Positions 27,525-36,459 of a stretch of DNA of 64,000 nt are shown one piece after another. The position numbers were made by a program, and so were the translations under genes. The stretch is from the NCBI GenBank assembly GCA_040218735.1, contig JAVJQW010000046.1, positions 320,001 through 384,000 on the forward strand, in the 5' to 3' direction. Below the pieces are notes generated by a model. That model saw only the letters and a list, made by a program, of their open reading frames with translations, did not search any database and had not been told where the DNA came from. Position 1 is the first letter of the stretch. The number at the start of each line of letters is the position of its first letter. This DNA comes from Deltaproteobacteria bacterium. Lineage in GTDB: Bacteria; Myxococcota; Kuafuiibacteriia; Kuafuiibacteriales; Kuafuiibacteriaceae.

Positions 27525-29618
27525 TCAGAGCGCAGCTTCGGCGTGATCGACCCAGGACTTGAGCGTCGCGACGCGTTTGTCTTCGGGCGACAGCGTCTCG
27601 GCGCGACCGACGATCGCTTTGAGCACGGGGACCTTCCCGCCGGCCTGGTAGCCCGGGTTGTAGTAGATCGCGCGCGCGAGACCGATCAGGTAGACGTGCT
27701 CCTCGGAGCACAGCGCGACCGCGTCTCGGAACGCCTCTTCCGCCGACGCGAAGTTGCCCTGGCCGAGCAACGTGACGCCGCGCTGGAAGTGCTCGCGGGA
27801 CAGGGTGCGCTCCGGCGTCTCCAACGCGGAGCCGTCCGGACCGCGGGGCAGGGGCTTCGCGTAGACGAGCGGGCGCGGGATCATCCCTTCGCCGTTCGTC
27901 GGCGCGGGCATCGGCGGGATCTCTTCGCCGTTCGCGGGCGCCGCCGGTACCGGCGCGCTGCTGCTCGGTGCGGGCTTGGGCGCAAACGTCGGGGACGGCG
28001 TGCTCGGAGGCGGCGGAGGTGGCGTGGTGCCACCCCCCACGGACGCGATACCGCTGCCGCCGATCGCCGACGGCACCGACGAGTTGAAGACACCCGCGCC
28101 ACCCTGCGTGAACGCGGGAGGCTGCTCGGTCGTCGGCTCCGCGGGCGGCGGAGGCGGCGGCTGGGTCATGCCGGGCGACGACGTCGAGGCGGCCGGGATC
28201 TGCGAGGCGCGCGCTTCCAGCTCGCGGGCGCGCTCGCGCTCCTCGCGGATGCGGGACTCGAACTCGTTCACGCCCGGCGTGAACTCCTCGACCTCCTCAC
28301 ACGTGGTGAGGATCGCGAGCAGCTTCTTCGCTTCCACGAGCGCGATGCCCGTGATGTCTGCGGCGTCGGCCACGTTGTACGCGCGACCGCCGAACGCGAG
28401 GAACGCGGGCTCGGTCTCGCGGAGCGGGAAGGTGTTCTGCACCTCGTCGATCGACTTGCGCAGCTTGAAGTAGCGCGCGTCGATGTCGCCGAGGATCTGT
28501 TCGAGCACCGGCTCGTCGGCGTGTTGACGAAGGCCCTCGGCGAGGACGTGCGCGACGTCCAAACGGTACGGCCGCTCGTCGGTCGGGATGGGGCGCTTGC
28601 TGTCGAACTCGAAGGCGCCCTGCCGCGCCTCGAAGCAGCCCGCGATCTGATCGCGTGCGTTCGTCCCCAGCTCGTTGCCAAGCTCCGCCGAGGTGAAGAA
28701 GCCGAGATCGATCAGCGCTTGGCCGAGACGAATGCCGCGTTCGATCGCGCGCTTCGCGCCGTCCGCGTACTGGGCTTCGGTGATGCGGCCACGCGCCACG
28801 AGGGCGCGGCCGAGTTGGTCTCCGGGGATGCTCGACTCGACGTGGACCGGCTGGCCCGACTCGAAGTGGATGGTGAGCGTCTCGTGATCGCGCGCGACGA
28901 TCAGGGCACCGGTCGTTTGCTTCGACCAGCACTGGAACAGCACCTTGGCGAACCGCGCCGGTTCGAGGAGGCCCCCGAGCACCGGTGGCTCGTTCTTCGG
29001 TTGCGGTCGCCGCGAGGGTGGGCTCGCCACTTCGGAGATTTCGTCGATATCGAACGCGTCGCTGAGTTGGTCGTTCAACTGATCGCTCTCGAGCTGGTCC
29101 AAACGGCCAGCGATTTCGTCGAGGCCCGTGACGTCGCTGTACTTCAGCACGTCCTCACCGTCCGTGTCATCGACCAGGTTACCGTGGTCGGTGGCGCGGA
29201 AGTCGTGGGCGGTCGTCTTTTGAGGTGGATTGACGGCGATGTGCGTGAGGTCCTCGTCGTCCGATGCGAAGTCGTCGTCCTCGATGGAGAGGATGTCCGA
29301 CGCGATCCGGTAGATCGCCTGGGTGTCGATCGGATCCGGGATGAGGTGAATGAAATCGGCCGTCACGGTCTGCTGACCGCCGAGTACGATGGTCGGCGGG
29401 ACCTGGAGCCCGGCGTCGAAGCCGGCCAGCATCTCGATGGCGTCCTCTCCGTTCACGCTGCGGGAGAGGATGAGGAGCGAGACGTCCTGCTCGCCGAGTC
29501 GCTCTTGGAGGCGACCGGCTTTGCTGAGGATCTCCACGTCGCACTCGTCCCGCGCCAAGAGGAATCGCACCTTCTTGGCCAAGACGGAGTCTTGAGCGCA
29601 GACGAGGATGTGCTGCAT
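27525..29618 (-). CDS. Pseudo-receiver + DUF4388/PatA-N domain + Pro-rich linker + TPR protein
   Basis: Receiver-like N-terminus without the phospho-Asp; TGALIV..IHFESG..LGRALVARG; TPR motif EHFQRG...AEEAFRDA. Confidence 0.75.
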   Translation of the reverse strand: MQHILVCAQDSVLAKKVRFLLARDECDVEILSKAGRLQERLGEQDVSLLILSRSVNGEDAIEMLAGFDAGLQVPPTIVLGGQQTVTADFIHLIPDPIDTQAIYRIASDILSIEDDDFASDDEDLTHIAVNPPQKTTAHDFRATDHGNLVDDTDGEDVLKYSDVTGLDEIAGRLDQLESDQLNDQLSDAFDIDEISEVASPPSRRPQPKNEPPVLGGLLEPARFAKVLFQCWSKQTTGALIVARDHETLTIHFESGQPVHVESSIPGDQLGRALVARGRITEAQYADGAKRAIERGIRLGQALIDLGFFTSAELGNELGTNARDQIAGCFEARQGAFEFDSKRPIPTDERPYRLDVAHVLAEGLRQHADEPVLEQILGDIDARYFKLRKSIDEVQNTFPLRETEPAFLAFGGRAYNVADAADITGIALVEAKKLLAILTTCEEVEEFTPGVNEFESRIREERERARELEARASQIPAASTSSPGMTQPPPPPPAEPTTEQPPAFTQGGAGVFNSSVPSAIGGSGIASVGGGTTPPPPPPSTPSPTFAPKPAPSSSAPVPAAPANGEEIPPMPAPTNGEGMIPRPLVYAKPLPRGPDGSALETPERTLSREHFQRGVTLLGQGNFASAEEAFRDAVALCSEEHVYLIGLARAIYYNPGYQAGGKVPVLKAIVGRAETLSPEDKRVATLKSWVDHAEAAL

Positions 29619-29767
29619 GCCGATCCAATGACCGGGCAAGCCCGATCCGGCCGTACGCTATCGACAAAGGCGAGCACGCTTCAAGTTTTGGGACCTTGAA
29701 AACGGCGGGCGGGTGCGTTTTTCCACCACACGTTGACCCGCTCCGAGCCCGGGGCTACCCGGCGGTC

Positions 29768-30541
29768 ATGAGCACGTCGAGAGGGGCCGCCGTCGTGACG
29801 GGCGCAGGCCGTGGGATCGGGCGATCGATCGCCCTGAAGCTGGCCGAGGCCGGATACCCGGTCGCGGTACAGTCGCGGACCGCGTCGGATCTGGAAGACG
29901 TGGTGTCCGCGATCGAATCGACCGGCGGTCAGGCCATCGCCGTGGCCGGCGACGTCACCCAGCAGGAGGCCGCCGAGGCCCTGCTCGCGGGCGCCGAGGC
30001 GGCGTTCGGGCGCGTGGAGGTCGCGGTGCCGTGCGCGGGGCAGGCGTTCTCCGCGCCGCTCGCGAAGACGGACGCGGACGGGTTTCGACGCCTCTTCGAG
30101 GTGAACACGATGAGTGTCTTCTTCCTCGTGCAGCGCGCGGCGCAGGCGATGAAGGCCGAGGGCGGGCGGATCGTCGTCGTCGCGTCGACGGCGGCGGTGG
30201 CCGGGATGGCCTACACCAGCGCGTACTCGGCGACGAAACACGCCGTGCTCGGGTTGGTGCGGTCCGCGGCGTTGGAGCTCGCGCGGCACCGCATCACGGT
30301 CAACGCGCTGTGCCCGGGGTGGGTCGACACCGAGATGTTCGAGAAGACGTTGGCGAACATCGCGGAGAAGACCGGCTGCACGATCGCCGAGGCGCGCGCG
30401 ACGTTGGAGGGCCGGATTCCGATCGGGAGCGCATTGACCCCCGATGAAGTGGCGGCGATGGCTGTTCACCTCGCGTCGGAGGCTTCGGCGCGGCTGACGG
30501 GCCAGGCGATCGTCCTGGACGGAGGGGAGACCATCGCATGA
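29768..30541 (+). CDS. SDR family oxidoreductase (3-hydroxyacyl-CoA dehydrogenase-like)
   Basis: TGAGRGIG; YSATK; NALCPGWVDT. Confidence 0.9.
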   Translation: MSTSRGAAVVTGAGRGIGRSIALKLAEAGYPVAVQSRTASDLEDVVSAIESTGGQAIAVAGDVTQQEAAEALLAGAEAAFGRVEVAVPCAGQAFSAPLAKTDADGFRRLFEVNTMSVFFLVQRAAQAMKAEGGRIVVVASTAAVAGMAYTSAYSATKHAVLGLVRSAALELARHRITVNALCPGWVDTEMFEKTLANIAEKTGCTIAEARATLEGRIPIGSALTPDEVAAMAVHLASEASARLTGQAIVLDGGETIA

Positions 30542-30951
30542 GTCGTCACGAGATCATCAACCCGGAGTCGCTCGGCGCGCCGCGCGGGTACAGCAACGGG
30601 ATCCTCGCCGCACCGGGGCGGTTGTTGTTCGTGGCCGGGCAGATCGCCTGGGACGGTGAGCAGAAGCTGGTGTCGGACGACTTCGCGACGCAGTTCGGTC
30701 AGGCGCTCGCGAACGTGGTCGCCGTCGTGAAGGCGGCGGGCGGGACGGTCGAGGACCTGTGCCGGCTGACCGTCTACGTGACCGACAAGCAAGCGTACAT
30801 CGCGGGGATCAAACAGATCGGCGCGCGGTACCGCGAGCTGATGGGACGGCACTACCCGACGATGGCGCTCGTCGAGGTCGCGGACCTCCTCGAAGAGGGC
30901 GCGCAGGTGGAGATCGAGGGGACGGCGGTCGTCCCGACGGAGGCGACATGA
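30538..30951 (+). CDS. RidA/YjgF/UK114 family protein
   Basis: PRGYSNG; FVAGQ; YPTM; VEIE. Confidence 0.9.
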   Translation: MSRHEIINPESLGAPRGYSNGILAAPGRLLFVAGQIAWDGEQKLVSDDFATQFGQALANVVAVVKAAGGTVEDLCRLTVYVTDKQAYIAGIKQIGARYRELMGRHYPTMALVEVADLLEEGAQVEIEGTAVVPTEAT

Positions 30952-31751
30952 ACAAGACGATCGTAGACGGCCTCGACTTCGAGGTGAGCGAGGGGATCGG
31001 CACGTTGACGCTGTCGCGCCCCGACCGGCTCAACAGCCTGACGTTCGAGATGTACCGCGCGCTCGTGAATTTCTTCGCGGACGTTCAGCACGACGACGAC
31101 GTGAAGGTCCTCATCGTGACGGGGACCGGGCGTGGGTTCTGCTCGGGCGGCGACGTGCACGACATCATCGGCAAGCTCGTCTCGTACGGGCCGAAGGACA
31201 TGCTCGGCTTCGCGCGTATGACCGGCGACGTCATCCGGAACATGCGTCGGCTGAAGAAGCCGATCGTCGCGGCGATCAACGGGACCGCGGCGGGAGCGGG
31301 TGCGGTGATCGCGCTGGCTTCGGACATCCGGATCGGATCGGACCAGTCGAAGATCGCGTTTCTGTTCTCGAAGGTCGGCCTCACCGGCGCCGACATGGGC
31401 GCGGCGTATCTGCTGCCACGGGTGATCGGTATGGGGCGCGCTTCGGAGCTGTTGTTCCTCGGTGACTCCGTGCCGGCGGCGAAGGCGAATGAGATCGGGT
31501 TGTTCAACGACGTCGTGCCGCACGACGAGCTGATGACCAAGGCTCGGGAAGTGGCGGGGCGGCTGGCGGCGGGGCCGACGTTCTCGCACGGGATCACGAA
31601 GGACCTCATCAACAACGGGATGTCGATGGATCTGGACTCGGCGCTCGACGCGGAGGCGCGCGCGCAGACGATCTGCATGCTCGCGGACGACTTCAAGGAG
31701 TTCCACGCTTCGTTCGTCGACAAGCGCAAGCCCGAGTTCAAGGGGAGCTGA
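30948..31751 (+). CDS. Enoyl-CoA hydratase/isomerase family protein
   Basis: RPDRLNSL; FCSGGDV; AAINGTAAGAG; ADMG. Confidence 0.9.
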   Translation: MNKTIVDGLDFEVSEGIGTLTLSRPDRLNSLTFEMYRALVNFFADVQHDDDVKVLIVTGTGRGFCSGGDVHDIIGKLVSYGPKDMLGFARMTGDVIRNMRRLKKPIVAAINGTAAGAGAVIALASDIRIGSDQSKIAFLFSKVGLTGADMGAAYLLPRVIGMGRASELLFLGDSVPAAKANEIGLFNDVVPHDELMTKAREVAGRLAAGPTFSHGITKDLINNGMSMDLDSALDAEARAQTICMLADDFKEFHASFVDKRKPEFKGS

Positions 31752-31755
31752 GACC

Positions 31756-32880
31756 ATGGAGAAGCGAGCGATCGCGGAGGCGGCGCGCATCGATTTGGAC
31801 GCGCGCTTGGTGGAGCTCGAAGCGAAGGCACGCGCCGTGGTGGACGAAGCGATCCGCCCGCGCGAGGAGGACGAGTCCGACGACGCCGCGTTCGCGATGA
31901 CGAAGGCGTTGGGCGACGCGGGGCTGTTGGCGTCGTGCACGGCGCTCGACGTGCCGGCGATCTGCGTGCTGCGCGAGGTGGTCGCGTCGTCGAGCGGGCT
32001 CGCCGACTCGATGTTGGCGCTGCAGGGGCTCGGCTACGGGCCGTTGGCGCTCGCGGGGAGCGACGCGCTGAAGTCGAAGTGGCGCGCGAAGGTCGAGGCG
32101 GGCACCGCGATCGCGGCGATCGGCATCACCGAGCCCGAGGCCGGGAGCGACGTCGCGAACCTGTCGACGACGGCGCGTCGTGACGGCGACGCGTGGGTGC
32201 TGAACGGGAAGAAGTGTTTCATCACCAACGCGGGGATCGCGGACTTCTACTCGGTGCTCGCACGCACCGGGGGTGAGGGGGCAGGTGGACTGTCGATGAT
32301 CCTCGTGCCGAAGGAAGCCGTGACGTCGACGCTCCGGTACGACCTGGTCGCGCCGCACCCCTGCGGGGAGGTGGTGTTCGAGGACTCGCGCGTGCCGATC
32401 GATCACCTGATCGGTGAGGAGGGGCAGGGCTTCAAGGTCGCGATGCGGACGCTCGATCACTTCCGCACCACGGTCGGCGCGGCGGCGGTCGGCATGGCGC
32501 AGCGCGCGCTGGACGACGCGGTGGAGCGCTCGAAGACCCGGCAGCAGTTCGGCAAACCGATCAACCGCTTCCAGCAGATCGCGGCGATGCTCGCGGACTC
32601 GTTCGTCGAGCTGCACGCGTCGCGACTCATGGTCTACCGCGCGGCGACCGCGCACGCCGCGGGCGACGCGCTGGCCGGCGCCTATTCGTCCGCGGCGAAG
32701 ATGCACGCGACGGAGGCGGCGCAGCGGATCATCGATCGCGCCGTGCAGATCCACGGCGGCCAGGGCGTCCGAAAGGGCACCGCGGTGGAGCGCCTGTACC
32801 GGGACATCCGGGCGCTGCGGATCTACGAGGGGACGACGGAGATCCAGAGGGTGGTGCTGTCGAGGGCGCTGACTAGGTGA
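31756..32880 (+). CDS. Acyl-CoA dehydrogenase
   Basis: ITEPEAGSD; NGKKCFITN; RQQFG; QIHGG; [10 protein letters not shown]. Confidence 0.92.
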   Translation: MEKRAIAEAARIDLDARLVELEAKARAVVDEAIRPREEDESDDAAFAMTKALGDAGLLASCTALDVPAICVLREVVASSSGLADSMLALQGLGYGPLALAGSDALKSKWRAKVEAGTAIAAIGITEPEAGSDVANLSTTARRDGDAWVLNGKKCFITNAGIADFYSVLARTGGEGAGGLSMILVPKEAVTSTLRYDLVAPHPCGEVVFEDSRVPIDHLIGEEGQGFKVAMRTLDHFRTTVGAAAVGMAQRALDDAVERSKTRQQFGKPINRFQQIAAMLADSFVELHASRLMVYRAATAHAAGDALAGAYSSAAKMHATEAAQRIIDRAVQIHGGQGVRKGTAVERLYRDIRALRIYEGTTEIQRVVLSRALTR

Positions 32881-33429
32881 AGGGCGGGAGATCGCCGAGG
32901 TTGGCGTCCGACGCATGAGCGAGCACGGCGGCGCGCTCCTCCGGTGACAGATCGAAAGGCCGGAGGTCCGCGTCCAGCAACGTCCACGTTCCGATGACGT
33001 CGCGAGCAGAGGTCAGTCCGATCACGTAGTCGAGGCCTTCGTGCTCGACGATGAGCGGCGGCGAGAGTCGCTGCCGGCGTACGACCGTCTCCGATTTCGG
33101 CAGCGTGAATGCGACCTCGTAGATTCCACGTCTACGTTCCATCGATCGAAGCTCGCACGGGACCTCGAGGCCGTCCTCGGCGAACATCCGTAGCGCGCGA
33201 CGCCGCTGGAGCTCTTGGCGCACGAAAACGCCTGCCTGGTAGAGCATGAACACGAGGAAGCCCGCGAGGAACAGGTAGGTGGACCACCGTGCGAAGAAGT
33301 CGGCCTCGACCTCGTAGCTGATCGCTGCTCGCGACGGTTGTTTCGGGTCGACACGTTGTTCCGCCCGCCGCGGCTCAGCTCGGACGGATCGATGCGCAGT
33401 GGGCGCGGGGGCAGGAAGAGCGCGCTCAT
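32873..33429 (-). pseudogene. Possible frameshifted or internally deleted membrane protein gene
   Basis: A plausible N-terminus (MSALFLPPRPLRIDP, ATG 33429) and the TM-containing body (RVDPKQPSRAAIS...FFARWSTYLFLAGFLV, stop 32873) are in different frames. Confidence 0.4.
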
Positions 33430-33525
33430 TCCGCCAATCTGGGGCACGTCGGTACACGACCGCAACTGTCCCTCCGACCGGACGATTCACTTCCCAAGCC
33501 CCCACCGCTTCGCTAGCGTGCTCCC

Positions 33526-34866
33526 GTGTTCGACAATCTCGAGGACAAGTTTGCCCAGGTCATCAAGAAGGTCCGCGGTCACGGGACCCTGACCGAGGCG
33601 AACCTCAAGGACATCCTCCGCGACGTGCGGCTCTCGCTCCTTGAGGCGGACGTGCACTTCACGGTCGTGAAGGGCTTCATCAAGGACGTCAAGGAGCGCT
33701 CCCTCGGGCAGGAGGTCTCCGCTTCGCTGTCGCCGGGGCAGGAGTTCGTGCGCATCGTGAGCGAGGAGCTCACGAAGGTCATGGGCGGCACCGCCGTGCA
33801 GCTCGACCTCAAGGCGAAGCCGCCGATCGTCATCCTGCTCATGGGCCTGCAGGGCTCCGGTAAGACGACCACCTCCGGCAAGCTCGCGCTCAAGCTCAAG
33901 GCCGAGGGCAAGAACCCGCTCCTCGTCCCCGCCGACCTCCAACGCCCCGCCGCGATCTCGCAGCTCAAGACCGTCGCCGGGCAGGTGAAGGTTGACTGCT
34001 TCGACACGAAGGTCGGCTCCAAGATCGAAGACGTCGTGAAGGGCGCGCTCGAGCAGGCGGACCGTCAGGGGCAGGACGTCGTCATCGTCGACACCGCCGG
34101 TCGCCTCGCGATCGACTTCGAGCTCATGGACGAGCTGCGCGAAGTGAAGGAGCTCCTCGATCCAAAGCACACGCTGCTCGTCGTCGACTCCATGACCGGT
34201 CAGGACGCGGTCAACGTCGCGCAGGAGTTCAAGAACCAGATCGGAATCGACGGCGTCATCATGACCAAGCTCGACGGCGACGCCCGCGGCGGCGCCGCGC
34301 TCTCCGTGCGGCAGGTGACCGGCGCGCCGATCTACTTCGCGGGTATCGGCGAGAAGATGGACGCGCTCGAGGTGTTCCACCCCGACCGCGTCGCGCAGCG
34401 CATCCTCGGGATGGGCGACATGATGGGCCTCATCGAGAAGGCCCAGGCGAGCTACGACGAAAAAGAAGCCAAGAAGATGGCGCGCAAGATGAAGCGCGCC
34501 GAGTTCACGCTCGAGGACTTCCGCGACCAGATGAAGATGATCCGCCAGATGGGGGACATGAAGTCGATCATGGGGATGATCCCCGGCGTGTCGCAGGCGA
34601 TGAAGAAGCTCGGCAACGCCGGCCCGGATCCGGACAAGGAACTCAAGCGCATCGAGGCGATGATCAACTCGATGACACCCAACGAGCGGAACGATCCGAG
34701 CATCCTCAACGGCTCGCGCCGCAAGCGCGTCGCGAAGGGGAGCGGGACGAGCGTCGCCGAGGTGAATTCGTTCCTGAAGCGGTTTAGGGAAGCCAAGAAG
34801 ATGATGAAGCGCTTGTCCAAGATGGGAGGCATGCGCGGGCTCCAGGGCATGATGCCCCGCATGTAG
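33526..34866 (+). CDS. ffh: Signal recognition particle protein Ffh
   Basis: LLEADV; GLQGSGKTT; DTAGR; TKLDGDARGGAALS; RILGMGD; M domain. Confidence 0.98.
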   Translation: MFDNLEDKFAQVIKKVRGHGTLTEANLKDILRDVRLSLLEADVHFTVVKGFIKDVKERSLGQEVSASLSPGQEFVRIVSEELTKVMGGTAVQLDLKAKPPIVILLMGLQGSGKTTTSGKLALKLKAEGKNPLLVPADLQRPAAISQLKTVAGQVKVDCFDTKVGSKIEDVVKGALEQADRQGQDVVIVDTAGRLAIDFELMDELREVKELLDPKHTLLVVDSMTGQDAVNVAQEFKNQIGIDGVIMTKLDGDARGGAALSVRQVTGAPIYFAGIGEKMDALEVFHPDRVAQRILGMGDMMGLIEKAQASYDEKEAKKMARKMKRAEFTLEDFRDQMKMIRQMGDMKSIMGMIPGVSQAMKKLGNAGPDPDKELKRIEAMINSMTPNERNDPSILNGSRRKRVAKGSGTSVAEVNSFLKRFREAKKMMKRLSKMGGMRGLQGMMPRM

Positions 34867-34874
34867 ATTCACGT

Positions 34875-35846
34875 ATGACGAAACAAGTGCCGCGCGTAGC
34901 GGTCGTGATGGGGGGACCGAGTGATGAGCACGACGTCTCCATGCGGAGCGGCGCGCAGGTCCTCGCCGCTTACGAAGGTGCGCAGGGCGTCGCCGTCGAA
35001 CGCGACGGGCGCTGGCGCTTCGGTGAAGAGCTGCTGACCGTCGGCGCCGCGCTCGAGCGCGTGCGCGAGACGGTCGACGCCGTGTTCATCGCTCTGCACG
35101 GACCGTTCGGCGAGGACGGCACGGTGCAGGCGCTCTTCGAAGCGATCGGGGTGCCGTACACCGGCTCCGGCGTCGCGGCGAGCGCGCTCGCGATGGACAA
35201 GGCGCGTAGCAAGTTCGTCTACGACGCGCGCCGCCTGCCCACGCCGGACTACGCCGCGATCCTCCGGGGCGGCGACTGGGACGTCGAGGCACTGGAAGAC
35301 CGGGTCGGCTTGCCGTGCGTCGTCAAACCGTCGGCGAACGGGTCGAGCTTCGGGGTATCGTTCCCGACGGATCGGGCGTCGCTCGAAGCCGCGGTCGCGG
35401 GGCACGTGCGGATGGGGCGCGACGTCGTCGTCGAAGCGCGTGTCATGGGGCGCGAGCTGACGTGCGGCGTGCTGGAGATCGACGGCGTCGCGACGGCGAT
35501 GCCGGTCACCGAGATCATCCCCGACAAGAAGTACGCGTTCTTCGACTACGAGGCGAAGTACACACCCGGCGCGACGGCGGAGATCACGCCGGCCGAGATC
35601 CCCGACGAGCTCCGCGATCGAGTGCAGTCCCTCGCGCTCGCGTCGCACCACGCGCTCGGGTGCCGTGACTTCTCGCGCACGGACTTCATGGTCGACCCGC
35701 AGCGCGGTCCCCTGATCCTCGAGACGAACACCGTCCCGGGGCTCACGCAGCAGTCGCTGTTCCCGCAGGCGGCGGCGGCGCACGGGATACCGTTCGAGCG
35801 ACTGGTGCACATCCTGATCGACAACGCGCTCGGTCGCGTCGCATGA
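34875..35846 (+). CDS. ddl: D-alanine--D-alanine ligase
   Basis: GGPSDEHDVS; LHGPFGEDG; MDK; GSS; DYEAKY; ETNTVPG. Confidence 0.95.
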   Translation: MTKQVPRVAVVMGGPSDEHDVSMRSGAQVLAAYEGAQGVAVERDGRWRFGEELLTVGAALERVRETVDAVFIALHGPFGEDGTVQALFEAIGVPYTGSGVAASALAMDKARSKFVYDARRLPTPDYAAILRGGDWDVEALEDRVGLPCVVKPSANGSSFGVSFPTDRASLEAAVAGHVRMGRDVVVEARVMGRELTCGVLEIDGVATAMPVTEIIPDKKYAFFDYEAKYTPGATAEITPAEIPDELRDRVQSLALASHHALGCRDFSRTDFMVDPQRGPLILETNTVPGLTQQSLFPQAAAAHGIPFERLVHILIDNALGRVA

Positions 35847-35853
35847 TGCGCGG

Positions 35854-36393
35854 GTGACGGCCAAGTGCCCGAAGTGTAGAGACGTCGAGTTGGACGAAGC
35901 GGACGGTCGCGCGTCGCGCCTGATGAGGTGCGGCCAGTGCGGCGGGACGTGGTTCCCCAAGGACGAAGCGCGGCTGGAGGCGGTCGCGGGGCTCTTGTCG
36001 CAGGACTCCACGATTCGCCCTGCGAGCGAAGCCGACCAGCGCACCGGCCTGTGCCCCGAGGGGCACGGCATCCTGATCCGCGCGCAGGTCGAAGTGGACG
36101 AGCCGTTCCACCTGGAGCGCTGTGCGACCTGTCACGGCATCTGGTTCGACAAGGGGGAGTGGAACCGTCTCGCCCAGAGCCACCTGCTGCAGCACCTCGA
36201 GCGGCTGTGGGACCCGGCGTGGCGTTTTCGCTTCAAGCGAACGGAGGACGAGGACGATCGGCGCAAGCGCCTCACCGACGCCCTCGGCGAGCCGCTCGTG
36301 GAGATGATCGAGACGCTCGGGACGGCGCTGCGGGCCAAGGACGAGACGGTCAAAGGCGAGGCGATCGCCTACCTCGAAGAACGTTTGCGCTGA
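35854..36393 (+). CDS. zf-TFIIB-like double zinc-ribbon protein
   Basis: CPKC...CGQCGGTWF and CPEGH...CATCHGIWFDKGE. Confidence 0.8.
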   Translation: MTAKCPKCRDVELDEADGRASRLMRCGQCGGTWFPKDEARLEAVAGLLSQDSTIRPASEADQRTGLCPEGHGILIRAQVEVDEPFHLERCATCHGIWFDKGEWNRLAQSHLLQHLERLWDPAWRFRFKRTEDEDDRRKRLTDALGEPLVEMIETLGTALRAKDETVKGEAIAYLEERLR

Positions 36394-36459
36394 AACTTCT
36401 CGGCGGCTGGACCGTCATACACTCCGGGGAAGAAGTGTGATGCAATCCCCGTTGTAGGT

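Noticed and set aside
24426-29699. 862-aa and 784-aa plus-strand ORFs
   Set aside because: Antisense shadows of the kinase and DUF4388 genes.
34875-35846. VanA-like D-Ala-D-Lac ligase
   Set aside because: The omega loop DYEAKY is of the D-Ala-D-Ala type and no vanH/vanX genes are adjacent.
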